A stretch of DNA of 64,000 nucleotides from Planctomycetota bacterium. GTDB lineage: Bacteria; Planctomycetota; UBA1135; GCA-002748355. Each line of letters opens with the position of its first letter. The first letter of the stretch is position 1. The notes beneath the pieces were generated by a model. It saw only the letters and a program-made list of their open reading frames with translations. It searched no databases and was not told the origin of the DNA. The position numbers were made by a program, and so were the translations under genes. Below, one piece after another: positions 56,153-64,000 of this stretch. The DNA lies in the NCBI GenBank assembly GCA_027021385.1, contig JALUUL010000049.1, positions 17,646 through 81,645 of the forward strand. The letters are read 5' to 3'.

Positions 56153-59100
56153 GTGAACGCCGTGGAGGATGGCCGCTTCGACGATCCAAAACGAGCGGCG
56201 CTCTTCGATTTCACCGCCCTCTTCGAGCGGGATCGGGCGCGCGGAGCCGTCCGCCCCCTCGCCGAGTACCAGACCCGCTTCCCGGGTTTGGAGGCCGCGA
56301 TCGCCCGCGAATACGAACGCCTCACGCGCGCGCCGACGGCGGGGCCCGGCCCGGCCGAGGACCGGCGGCGGATCGGCCCCTTCCTTCTGCTCGAAGTCCT
56401 CGGCCACGGCGGCCAGAGCGTCGTCCATCTCGCCCTCGACACCCGGCTCGGGCGGCGGGTCGCCCTCAAGGTCCTCGCTCCTGCGGCCTTCCGCTCCGAG
56501 GCGGCGCTGGAGCGCTTCCGGCGGGAAGCCGCGGTCCTCGGGCGGCTCTCCCATCCCGGCATCTGCGAGGTCCACGAGGCCGACTTCGCCGAGGAGACGC
56601 CGTTCATCGCGATGCGCTACGTTCCCGGACGGACCCTCCTCGAGGAGGTCCAGGCGGTGCCGTCGGGGGAGGAGCGCGTGCGCCGGGCGGTGCGCCTCGT
56701 CGAACGGGCCGCGCGCGCGCTGCACGCGGTCCACGAAGCCGGCGTCGTTCATCGTGACGTGAAACCGAGCAACGTCCTCGTAACCCCGGACGGCGATCCC
56801 GTGCTCGTCGACTTCGGGCTCGCCCGCGGGCTCGACGCCGACACGCTGACCGAGCCGGAAGCGGTCTTCGGCACCGCGCCCTACCTTGCGCCGGAGCACT
56901 TCGCCGGGCGGGGGGCCGATCGGCTGACCGATGTCTATGCGCTCGGGGTCACGTTGTTCGAACTCTTGACCGGGCGGCGGCCGTTCGAGGCGGGAAACCC
57001 GGAGAGGCTCGCGGCCCTCGTCCTTCACGAACCCGCACCAGACCCGGCCAAGCGGAACCCGCAAGTACCGGTCGATCTCGGCGTCGTCGTCCGGAAGGCG
57101 CTCGAGAAGGATCCCCGGCATCGGTACCAGAGCGCCCTCGAGTTCGCCGAAGACCTCCGGCGCGTGCGCGAGTACGAACCGGTCCAGGCGAGGAGGAACC
57201 GCCCCCTCGTGCGCCTCCGGGCCTGGATCCGGCGGCGGCCGGTGCTCGCGAGTTCGACGATTTTGAGCGCGGTCCTGCTGAGCGCCGGCCTGGTCGTCGC
57301 CCTCGTCCTGCTCGCCGACGTGCGTGAAGGGCGCGAGGCTTTCCGCGCGCTCTTCCTCGCGACCGAGGCCCGCCGCCTGACCGAGGTCGATCCCTCCCTC
57401 GCCCTCAGGGTCGCCGTCACCGCGGCCGAACTCCGGCGCAACCGCTGGACCGAGACCGCGCTCTACGAGACCCTCGCCGCCAGCCGCGAAGAGGCGGCCG
57501 CGGTCCGTGTCCAGGGAGGGCGTTCGGTCGCCTTGTCCCCGAGCGGGGACCGGGCCGCCTTCGTCATCGGTGGGGAGTGTACGGTCCTTCCCCTCGGCGG
57601 GAGCGGGGTCCTCCGCCTCGAAGGGCCGGCGGGGGCGCTCTCCGTCGCCTTCGACCCGAAGGGCTCGCGGATCCTCCTCGGGGGGGAAGGCGGCCGCGCG
57701 ACCCTCCACGATGCGCGCGGGCGGCTCGTCCGTGGATGGCGAGGGCTCCCGGGGCCGGTCGATCCGGTCCTCTTCGCGGGCCCTGTCCCGTACGGTCTCG
57801 CCGGAGGCCGGGCCTTCCGCCTGGCGGGCGGGGATCCGGTCGAACCCGGCGCCGGCCACGGGACCCCCTTCGCCGGACTCGCGGCGGCCGGCCCGGACCG
57901 GCTGCTCGCGCTCGGCCGCGGGGGGCGCCTCCATCTCTTCTTGAACGGGCGCTGCGCCGGGGAGTGGGGCCCGCGCGTGCGCCGCTTCACGCCCTCGCCG
58001 AATCGGGAGCTGCTCGCCCTGGAACGGCCGGGCCGCGTCGAGGTCCACCGGCTCGGGGGGGGCGCCGTCCTCCCAAAGCTCGCGGTCGGGGACGAGGTCC
58101 ACTCGCTCGCCCTCTCGCCCGGCGGGGACCTCCTCGCCCTGGGCTTTCGCGGCCGGGTCGCCGTGCACGAACTGCCGTCGGGCCGGCTCCTGTTCTCACG
58201 GGCGACGCACGGGCGGCGGATCGTATGGACCCTGGCCTTTTCGCCCGGCGGACGCCGGCTCGCGACCGGCGGCCTCGACGGGACCGTTAGGATCTTCGCC
58301 ATGCCCAACGGCCGCCCCCTCGACGTCCTGCATGGGAAGTGGCCGCACATCGTGCAACTCCGCTGGCTCGACGACGGAGAGGCGATCCTCTCGGTCGCCT
58401 CGAACCGCCGCGTGCGCCTCCACCGGTTGACACCGAGGCCGGGAATGTACGTCCTCGATCCCGGCGGCGGGGCGGTCCGCGATGCGGTCTTCTCGGCCGA
58501 GGGGAAAAGGTTCTACGCGGCCTGCGCCGACGGGCGCGTGCGGGTCTTCGCGGCCGCGGACGGCCGCCTTCTGCGGATCCTCGAGGGCGGGGCCGGAGCG
58601 CTCCTCTCGGTCGCGGTCCGGGCCGACGGCGCCGTGCTCGCGAGCGCCGAAGAGGGGGAAGTCCTCCTCTGGCCCGCGGGGAGCGCGACCCCGGTGCCGC
58701 TCGAGACCGGCCGCCCCTTCGTCCTCGCGCGCTTCCTCGCCAGCGGGCGCATTCTCGCAGTCGGCCGGGACGGCCTGATCCGACTCCGGAGCCTGGACGG
58801 GACCTCCATCCTCGCGGAACGCCCCCCGAATGGAGAGGAGGTCGGCGCGGCCGCTCTGCACGAGGGCGCCGGCCTGCTCGTTCTCGGCCGGCGCGGGCCC
58901 GTTCTCGAGTCCTACGCGCTCGGTGACCTCGCCCCCGTCTCCCGCGTGGAGCCCGCCTCGACCAACGAGGCCATGCCCGAACCGCGGGTCCTCTCGCTCG
59001 CCTTCGCCCCGGGGGGGGAGAGATTCGCGGCAGGCACCGAGGACATGGTCGTGCGGCTCTTCGAGACGAAATCCCTCGCCCAGCGCATGGCCCTCGTGAC

Positions 59101-59530
59101 CCCGACCCCGGGGCCGATCCGTTTCTCCCCCGACGGGCGCACCCTCGCCGTCGGCGCGCGCCACAACCCGAGGGTCCTGTGCTTCACCCTCCCCTCCGGT
59201 GCGCGGGTCTACACCGGCGCCGAGCACGGGAACCGGATCTCGTCCATCGCCTTCCCGTCTTCGGGGGAGGCCTTCGCGACCGCCTCGTTCGACGGCTCCG
59301 TGCACCTCCATGCCCTTCCCGGCGGCGGGGTCCGCGCGGTCCTCGACGGCCACCGGGACGCGGTCGCGAAGGTCCTCTTCGATCCGGCGGGGCGATCGAT
59401 CCTCTCGGTCTCCTTCGACGGCACGATCCGGCTCCGGCCGGTGGACCCCCTTCCCCTCGCAAGGACCCGCCTGGTCCGGGAATTCACAGAGAGGGAGGCG
59501 GCCCGCCTCGGTTCGGCTCTTCCCCGCTGA
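56153..59530 (+). CDS. Membrane-anchored Ser/Thr protein kinase with extracytoplasmic WD40/beta-propeller repeats
   Basis: Hanks kinase motifs GHGGQSVV, VALKVL, HRDVKPSNVLV, DFGLAR, APE. TM segment VLASSTILSAVLLSAGLVVALVLLA. About 700 aa of WD40-like repeats follow (for example ...FSPGGRRLATGGLDGTVRIF..., ...FATASFDGSVHLH..., ...SVSFDGTIRLR). The GTG start at 56153 is uncertain, because the track ORF begins at 55961 with an R/G-rich, non-protein-like stretch. Confidence 0.8.
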   Translation: MNAVEDGRFDDPKRAALFDFTALFERDRARGAVRPLAEYQTRFPGLEAAIAREYERLTRAPTAGPGPAEDRRRIGPFLLLEVLGHGGQSVVHLALDTRLGRRVALKVLAPAAFRSEAALERFRREAAVLGRLSHPGICEVHEADFAEETPFIAMRYVPGRTLLEEVQAVPSGEERVRRAVRLVERAARALHAVHEAGVVHRDVKPSNVLVTPDGDPVLVDFGLARGLDADTLTEPEAVFGTAPYLAPEHFAGRGADRLTDVYALGVTLFELLTGRRPFEAGNPERLAALVLHEPAPDPAKRNPQVPVDLGVVVRKALEKDPRHRYQSALEFAEDLRRVREYEPVQARRNRPLVRLRAWIRRRPVLASSTILSAVLLSAGLVVALVLLADVREGREAFRALFLATEARRLTEVDPSLALRVAVTAAELRRNRWTETALYETLAASREEAAAVRVQGGRSVALSPSGDRAAFVIGGECTVLPLGGSGVLRLEGPAGALSVAFDPKGSRILLGGEGGRATLHDARGRLVRGWRGLPGPVDPVLFAGPVPYGLAGGRAFRLAGGDPVEPGAGHGTPFAGLAAAGPDRLLALGRGGRLHLFLNGRCAGEWGPRVRRFTPSPNRELLALERPGRVEVHRLGGGAVLPKLAVGDEVHSLALSPGGDLLALGFRGRVAVHELPSGRLLFSRATHGRRIVWTLAFSPGGRRLATGGLDGTVRIFAMPNGRPLDVLHGKWPHIVQLRWLDDGEAILSVASNRRVRLHRLTPRPGMYVLDPGGGAVRDAVFSAEGKRFYAACADGRVRVFAAADGRLLRILEGGAGALLSVAVRADGAVLASAEEGEVLLWPAGSATPVPLETGRPFVLARFLASGRILAVGRDGLIRLRSLDGTSILAERPPNGEEVGAAALHEGAGLLVLGRRGPVLESYALGDLAPVSRVEPASTNEAMPEPRVLSLAFAPGGERFAAGTEDMVVRLFETKSLAQRMALVTPTPGPIRFSPDGRTLAVGARHNPRVLCFTLPSGARVYTGAEHGNRISSIAFPSSGEAFATASFDGSVHLHALPGGGVRAVLDGHRDAVAKVLFDPAGRSILSVSFDGTIRLRPVDPLPLARTRLVREFTEREAARLGSALPR

Positions 59531-60092
59531 GGATCCCGGCCGCACCCTCGGCCCTCAGGCGGGCGCGCAGCCTCTGCCAGCGCTTCTTCAGGGCTTCCCG
59601 CGAGAGCCCCAGGCGGGCCGCGGCCTCGCCCTGGGACAGGCCCTCGAGCCCCAGGTGGACGACGAGGTCGCGGTCGGGTTCCGGCAGCTCCTCGAGCCAG
59701 CTCCCGAGGCGCCGGAGTTCCTCGTCGCGCGCGACGCGCCGGGTCACGCTCGTCGCCTCGTCGGGGATTCCCTTCAGGCGCAGGATCTGCGAGGTCCGCC
59801 CGGAGCCGATCGAGAAGCGCCGGAGCCGCGCGGCCCTGCGCGCGGCCTCGAACAGCACGTTCTTGGCGACGACGAAGAGCCAGGCCCGGAAGCTCGAGCG
59901 TTCGAGGTCGAAACGATCCCGGATCCGGTAGGCCCGGAGCCAGATCTCCTGGAGGAGGTCGTCGGGCTCGAACACGCCCTCGAGGAGCGGGGGCGTGCGG
60001 AGCCTGAGCCAGATGTAGAGGGCCGGGGCGAGCGCCACGTATCGCTCGGTGAAGCCGTCCCTGCCGCCGCGTGATTCCGGAGGCGCCTCCAT
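59484..60092 (-). CDS. ECF-type RNA polymerase sigma factor (sigma-70 family, group 4)
   Basis: Region 2 (DLLQEIWLRAYR...FRAWLFVVAKN) and region 4 HTH (LPEPDRDLVVHLGLEGLSQGEAAARLGLSREALKKRWQR). The 3' end overlaps the kinase 3' end by 47 nt. Confidence 0.8.
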   Translation of the reverse strand: MEAPPESRGGRDGFTERYVALAPALYIWLRLRTPPLLEGVFEPDDLLQEIWLRAYRIRDRFDLERSSFRAWLFVVAKNVLFEAARRAARLRRFSIGSGRTSQILRLKGIPDEATSVTRRVARDEELRRLGSWLEELPEPDRDLVVHLGLEGLSQGEAAARLGLSREALKKRWQRLRARLRAEGAAGILSGEEPNRGGPPPSL

Positions 60093-60121
60093 GGGCTGGA
60101 TCCTATGAAAAATCGCCCTCC

Positions 60122-60146
60122 GCGGCCGGTCCCGGCCGGTTTTTTG
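60122..60146 (+). terminator. Terminator-like hairpin plus T6 inside the 5' leader of the FG-GAP gene (possible attenuator)
   Basis: CGGCCGG-TCC-CGGCCG stem followed by TTTTTT (60140..60145). There is no upstream plus-strand gene for it to terminate. A second 8-bp hairpin, AGGGAATG (60173..60180) / CATTCCCT (60198..60205), abuts the RBS CAGGAG. Confidence 0.35.
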
Positions 60147-60218
60147 TCCCCGGACCGCCCCCTCGGGTCATGAGGGAATGGAGTCCCTCCGTCCCCTCAT
60201 TCCCTTCAGGAGTTCCTC

Positions 60219-62264
60219 ATGTCCAGACGTCGTTCCCTCCCGATTCTCGCCCTGATCCTCGGCGCCGCCCTCCCGGCCGGGGCCGGCGCCCAGGGACCCT
60301 CCGCGATCAGTTTCTCGAACCAACTGCACAGCCTCCCCTCCGGGTGGCGGGCCGAGTCGGTCGCGATCGGCGACCTCAAGGCGAACACCGGCGGCTTCGT
60401 CCGGCCAGAGATCGCCATCACCGCGGCGAACGCCGCGACGGCAAGGGTCTTTTACCTCCAGGCCTCCGGGGCCAACTGGTCGAGCGCCTTGCCGGGGGCC
60501 GTCCCGAACTTCCCGTCCGTGAGCGCCGGCGAGCGGATCGCCGGCGTCCTCGTCGCGGAACTCGGCGGCAGTTCCTCCTACCGCGACCTCGCCGTGGCCT
60601 ACGAGGGAAGCGGCAAGGTGCGGGTCAAGATCGCTCCGTTCAGCCCGACGCCGCCGCTCCAGACCTTCGCCTGGACCGGGGCGAGACCGTTCCGGCTCGC
60701 GGCCCTCGACCTCGAGCGCGACGGCGACCTCGACATCGCGGTCCTGTCGTACACCGCCCCCCACGTCCGCTTCCTCCTGAACAACGGGAGCGGGGTCTTC
60801 ACCGTGTCGACCGCCTCGATCACGCTGCCGAACCAGCTCACGCCGACCGCCTTCGCCGCCGGCGACTTCGACCACAACGGCGCGACCGACCTCGTGATCG
60901 TCCGCGCCGACGCTTTGCTCACGGTCTACCGCAACACGACGACCATCTTCTCGAGCAGCATCTCGTTCACGGCGGGGCAGACCTTCGGGACTTCGAACCG
61001 GCGGCGGATGGACGTCTGCACCGGCGATTTCGGCGGCGACGCCTGGCTCGATATTGCGACCCCGGTCATGTACCACCCCTCGAACCTCGAGGGGGCGACG
61101 GTGTTCCCGAACAGCGGTCCGACGGCCTTCACGATGAGCCAGACGCCGTACAACATCCAGAACCTCAAGGGCTTCTGGGCGATCGGCAGCGGCGACTTCG
61201 ACTGCGACGGCGACCTCGACCTGTTCGTCACGAACGTCGGCAGCAACCGCGGGTACTTCGGCGAGAACAACGGCAGCGGGACCTTCAGCTTCACCTCGAC
61301 GACGCCGATCTCCCTCGGCGTGTTCCCGCACGATGTCGCCGTCGGCGATCTGACCGGCGACCTGCACGCCGACATCGTGACCGCGAACCGCGGCGGAACG
61401 ACCGGTTCGGTCTCCCGGCTCACGAACCTGCAGTGCAACAAGGCCTTCAAGCATGTCTACATCGGCGGGATCCCGGACGCCTACGCCGGCTCGGTCCCGA
61501 CCGGCTCCGAGCACGCATGCCCGCAGGGCGGATTCCAGACCTGGCTCGGCGCCTCGCCGGCGCCGTTCGACAACATCCTCTGCAACAAGAGGCTCGGCCA
61601 CACCTTCCCGCGCAACGGGTTCGTCTTCCCGAAGGGGGTCGTCGCCGGACGGCTGACGATCCGCTTCCGGACGAACTGCCCCGGTTGGACGAACGACATC
61701 CTCGCACTGCAGTTCGTCGCCGGCCCGAACCGCTTCGCCTGGGGCCGGCGGCTGCGCACGCTGGTCCCTGCCTACGCCTCGGGCGGAGACCACACGGTCG
61801 TCCTCGATCTCGGGAACCTTCCGGGCGGCTACAACATCCTCCCGCGGACGAATACGACCGGGAAGTTCGACGTCTACATCCAGGACGACACGCGGGTGGA
61901 CTACGTGCGGCTCGAGCTCTTCACCTGCGAATGCCAGTGCCGCAAGCGTTTCGGCCTCAAGCTCGGCGGCTTCCCCTGGGCCTCCGGGGCGAGCGTCAGC
62001 CTGACCGCCTACGACGTGCCGCCGTCGAACTTCGTCTTCTTCTTCCTCGGCCCCCAGACCGGCGCCCTCGGCAACACCTGGTTCTGCATCAAGCAGCAGA
62101 TCTGGTTCCTAGGGATGGTCCAGGCAGGAACGAACGGCGTCGCCACCCTTCCGCTGACCCTGCCGAGCTTCAACCCGCCGCCGTGTTCCACCCTCTCGGT
62201 GCAGGGGATCGCCTGGCCGAGCTTCTACACCTCGAACACCTGGACGGCGCAGCTCTTTCCCTGA
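60219..62264 (+). CDS. Secreted FG-GAP/VCBS-repeat (integrin-alpha-like beta-propeller) protein with a Cys-rich C-terminal module
   Basis: Signal peptide MSRRRSLPILALILGAALPAGAGAQ. Repeated FG-GAP signatures (ALDLERDGDLDIAV, AAGDFDHNGATDLVIV, TGDFGGDAWLDIAT, GSGDFDCDGDLDLFV, AVGDLTGDLHADIVT). Cys-rich tail FTCECQCRK. Confidence 0.8.
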   Translation: MSRRRSLPILALILGAALPAGAGAQGPSAISFSNQLHSLPSGWRAESVAIGDLKANTGGFVRPEIAITAANAATARVFYLQASGANWSSALPGAVPNFPSVSAGERIAGVLVAELGGSSSYRDLAVAYEGSGKVRVKIAPFSPTPPLQTFAWTGARPFRLAALDLERDGDLDIAVLSYTAPHVRFLLNNGSGVFTVSTASITLPNQLTPTAFAAGDFDHNGATDLVIVRADALLTVYRNTTTIFSSSISFTAGQTFGTSNRRRMDVCTGDFGGDAWLDIATPVMYHPSNLEGATVFPNSGPTAFTMSQTPYNIQNLKGFWAIGSGDFDCDGDLDLFVTNVGSNRGYFGENNGSGTFSFTSTTPISLGVFPHDVAVGDLTGDLHADIVTANRGGTTGSVSRLTNLQCNKAFKHVYIGGIPDAYAGSVPTGSEHACPQGGFQTWLGASPAPFDNILCNKRLGHTFPRNGFVFPKGVVAGRLTIRFRTNCPGWTNDILALQFVAGPNRFAWGRRLRTLVPAYASGGDHTVVLDLGNLPGGYNILPRTNTTGKFDVYIQDDTRVDYVRLELFTCECQCRKRFGLKLGGFPWASGASVSLTAYDVPPSNFVFFFLGPQTGALGNTWFCIKQQIWFLGMVQAGTNGVATLPLTLPSFNPPPCSTLSVQGIAWPSFYTSNTWTAQLFP

Positions 62265-62307
62265 GGATCCGCGGCGGAACGGCCGGGAGCGGGTCTTCCC
62301 GGCCGGG

Positions 62308-64000
62308 TCAGTTCCGGAGGACGAGGATCGCCGGTTCCTGCTTCACCGCGTCCCAGATCGCGTTGGCCCGGTCCTCCATCTCCCACAGGGAGTAGTACCG
62401 GGACCAGGAGGGGACCTGGATCTCGAAGGAGCCGTCGGCCTCGGTCGGCCTGGAGACGAGCGGGGGAAGGTTCAGGCCCCGGATTTCGACGTACCAGGGA
62501 ACATTCTTTCCCTCTGCGGGGTTCGCGTAGACGACCCTCCCCTTCACCCCGTTCCCATCCTCGTCGATCAGCCGTCCGTGAAGGCTCAGGAAGGGTTCGA
62601 GTTCGACCTTCCAGCGAAGGGGACCGTCTCCCAGCCCGACCTGGAACTCTCCTCCTTTGACCCCGTAGCGGTCGTTCCATGCGATCATCCCGTAGGTCCC
62701 GGGGAAGAGCCGGATCCCGCAACGGCCCTTCCGGTCCAGAGAAGGCTCGATGACCGGGGGGGGCATCCCGATGAGTTTGGGGAAGACCCGGATCTTTCCG
62801 CCCGGCACCGGGCGCCCGTTTCCTGAGACCTCGATCTCGACCTCGCGGAGCGATTTCAGGTCGAAGGTCCACTTCTGTGGAAGGAGCTTCCTCGTCCCCA
62901 TCGAGATCGGAATCGTCTCTCCTCCTTGCATGAGGAACCCGAGGATTCCCTCGTGGGGTCCGAGACAGTCCGGAATCGGGATCCGTCCCGGGCCCTCGAG
63001 CGGAAGATCGACCCAGAGGAAGACCTTCCTCTTCGGTTCCTTGGGATTCGAGGACCAGAGCCGCCACCAGAGAATCCCCTCCGGCGGTCCGTTCCCGCCG
63101 TCCCCCTGCACGCTCCACTCCATTCCGCGCCCGGGGGGAAGCTCCAGGACCGCCTCGATCCCCCCCTTCCGCTTCCCGTCGCGTTTCGCGAGCAACTCGG
63201 CCAGCGTCCGATGGCGGACGATTCGATCGGGGGCGATCGCGAGGAGCCTCGAAGTGTAATGCGCCCGCTCTCCTCCGTCCCGATAAGGAAGCCAGGCGGT
63301 GAAGCTCCCATCGGCCCGAAGGGGGATCTCCCGTCCGAGACGCATCACCGAATACTCGGGCCTCCAGAACAGGCGGGCTCCGGCCGCCTTCGCCCCCTCG
63401 GTCCCCTGGACCCTCCCCTCGACCCGCACCGGTTCGGCCAGGATGACCTTCTTCAACGGGTAGTCCCGGTCATAGAGGGGTTCGACCTGCGGATCCCCCT
63501 CGTGGAAGGCCGGACTGAAGTAGACGAAATCCAGCAAACCGCCCCGATCGTCGATGAGGGCGGGAAAGAAGTTTCCGAAGGGCAGCGGAGGGTGGCGAAG
63601 GACCGGAACCTTCTCCTCCGGGAGTTCGACCGTGAAGATCGAGGACGGACTCTCGGACGTGACCCAGGCGAAGCGCAGGCGCTTTCCGAAGATCTTCCTC
63701 CATTTCTCGAGGCCGACGACGGAGAGATACGGAACGGGGAAAGGCTCGAGGATCAGTTTTCGGGGTCGTCCCGGCGCGATCGGGACCTGCCGGCTCGCGA
63801 AACGGAGCCTGCCCTCGTCATGGACGGCGAAGACGTACCAGCTTCGGCCCGCCGGAAGGCGGACGCGGACCCGCCCCCGCGCGTCGCTTTGGACCTCGCG
63901 ACGCTCCACGGAGATCCGAGGCAGGGCCTCGGGCAAGCGGCTCGACACGAAGAGGACCCGCGCGCCGGCAACGGCCCGGCCCTCATGGTCGAGAACCTTG
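62308..64000 (-). CDS. Large secreted carboxypeptidase-regulatory-like repeat protein, N-terminus beyond window edge
   Basis: The frame stays open upstream of the track's GTG (63948) to base 64000: ...KVLDHEGRAVAGARVLFVSSRLPE, a typical module start. Other modules include HGRLIDEDGNGVKGRVVYA...TEADGSFEIQV. It has the same architecture class as 23122..28245 but is diverged. Confidence 0.6.
   Translation of the reverse strand, partial: KVLDHEGRAVAGARVLFVSSRLPEALPRISVERREVQSDARGRVRVRLPAGRSWYVFAVHDEGRLRFASRQVPIAPGRPRKLILEPFPVPYLSVVGLEKWRKIFGKRLRFAWVTSESPSSIFTVELPEEKVPVLRHPPLPFGNFFPALIDDRGGLLDFVYFSPAFHEGDPQVEPLYDRDYPLKKVILAEPVRVEGRVQGTEGAKAAGARLFWRPEYSVMRLGREIPLRADGSFTAWLPYRDGGERAHYTSRLLAIAPDRIVRHRTLAELLAKRDGKRKGGIEAVLELPPGRGMEWSVQGDGGNGPPEGILWWRLWSSNPKEPKRKVFLWVDLPLEGPGRIPIPDCLGPHEGILGFLMQGGETIPISMGTRKLLPQKWTFDLKSLREVEIEVSGNGRPVPGGKIRVFPKLIGMPPPVIEPSLDRKGRCGIRLFPGTYGMIAWNDRYGVKGGEFQVGLGDGPLRWKVELEPFLSLHGRLIDEDGNGVKGRVVYANPAEGKNVPWYVEIRGLNLPPLVSRPTEADGSFEIQVPSWSRYYSLWEMEDRANAIWDAVKQEPAILVLRN

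Noticed and set aside
55943-58168. 741-aa minus-strand ORF, plus 57463..58350 and 58196..59545 on the minus strand
   Set aside because: They are antisense to the Ser/Thr kinase-WD40 gene, which has unmistakable Hanks motifs. The translations are R/P/G/E-rich low complexity with no motifs. These are typical high-GC shadow ORFs.
60071-62395. 774-aa plus-strand ORF and 541-aa minus-strand ORF overlapping the FG-GAP gene
   Set aside because: The frame starting at 60219 has a signal peptide and five clear FG-GAP repeats. The competitors are R/P/D-rich with no motifs.
1-64000. CRISPR arrays, transposases/integrases, prophage or plasmid genes, rRNA, toxin-antitoxin pairs, reverse transcriptases
   Set aside because: I read through all intergenic gaps and ORF translations. 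I found no regularly spaced repeats and no recognisable mobile-element or RT motifs. This is limited to what visual inspection can detect.

Overview
The window is a densely coded, very GC-rich (about 70% by eye, not computed) chromosomal segment from a diderm bacterium. Outer-membrane porins, lipoproteins and Bat/MoxR genes support the diderm call. The R/E/P/G-rich proteome and many large secreted repeat proteins suggest an uncultivated lineage, which I cannot name.

I found no rRNA, CRISPR array, transposase, integrase or prophage genes. I call about 45 CDS, one tRNA-Glu(CUC) and a few regulatory elements.

Gene content from left to right:
- MoxR/DUF58/DUF4381/BatA/BatB operon.
- YhhQ-like transporter, then an HD dGTPase-like gene.
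- Adenosine deaminase, an LPS-kinase-like gene, a SAM methyltransferase and a secreted PQQ sugar dehydrogenase.
- An NtrC-type sigma-54 two-component pair, divergent from a cytochrome c::DUF3347 / porin / cytochrome c lipoprotein cluster that carries a good -24/-12 promoter.
- DUF420-ctaB-ctaA.
- tRNA-Glu and a PLP decarboxylase.
- Two tandem paralogous giant secreted proteins, then argG.
- A translationally coupled molybdopterin oxidoreductase / Cas4-RecB-like nuclease / DNA2-Upf1-like helicase operon.
- A porin and a 1539-aa orphan secreted protein.
- A near-complete heme biosynthesis supercluster (hemA, hemCD, hemL, [HK, RR], hemE, hemN, hemH, hemY) whose last gene runs in frame into a lipobox-like hydrophobic segment and a beta-helix domain.
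- A lipoprotein/CPBP protease pair, a WD40 Ser/Thr kinase convergent with an ECF sigma factor, an FG-GAP protein, and a third giant repeat protein cut by the window edge.

The strongest candidates for something undescribed are the oxidoreductase-nuclease-helicase operon, the HemY::TM::beta-helix fusion, the two-component system embedded in the heme operon (with a TGACAC-N5-TGACAC repeat upstream of hemA), and the sigma-54 cytochrome/porin module.

All family assignments come from motif recognition by eye. No database search was run. Many long ORFs in the supplied track are antisense or out-of-frame shadow ORFs typical of high-GC DNA, and I rejected them.
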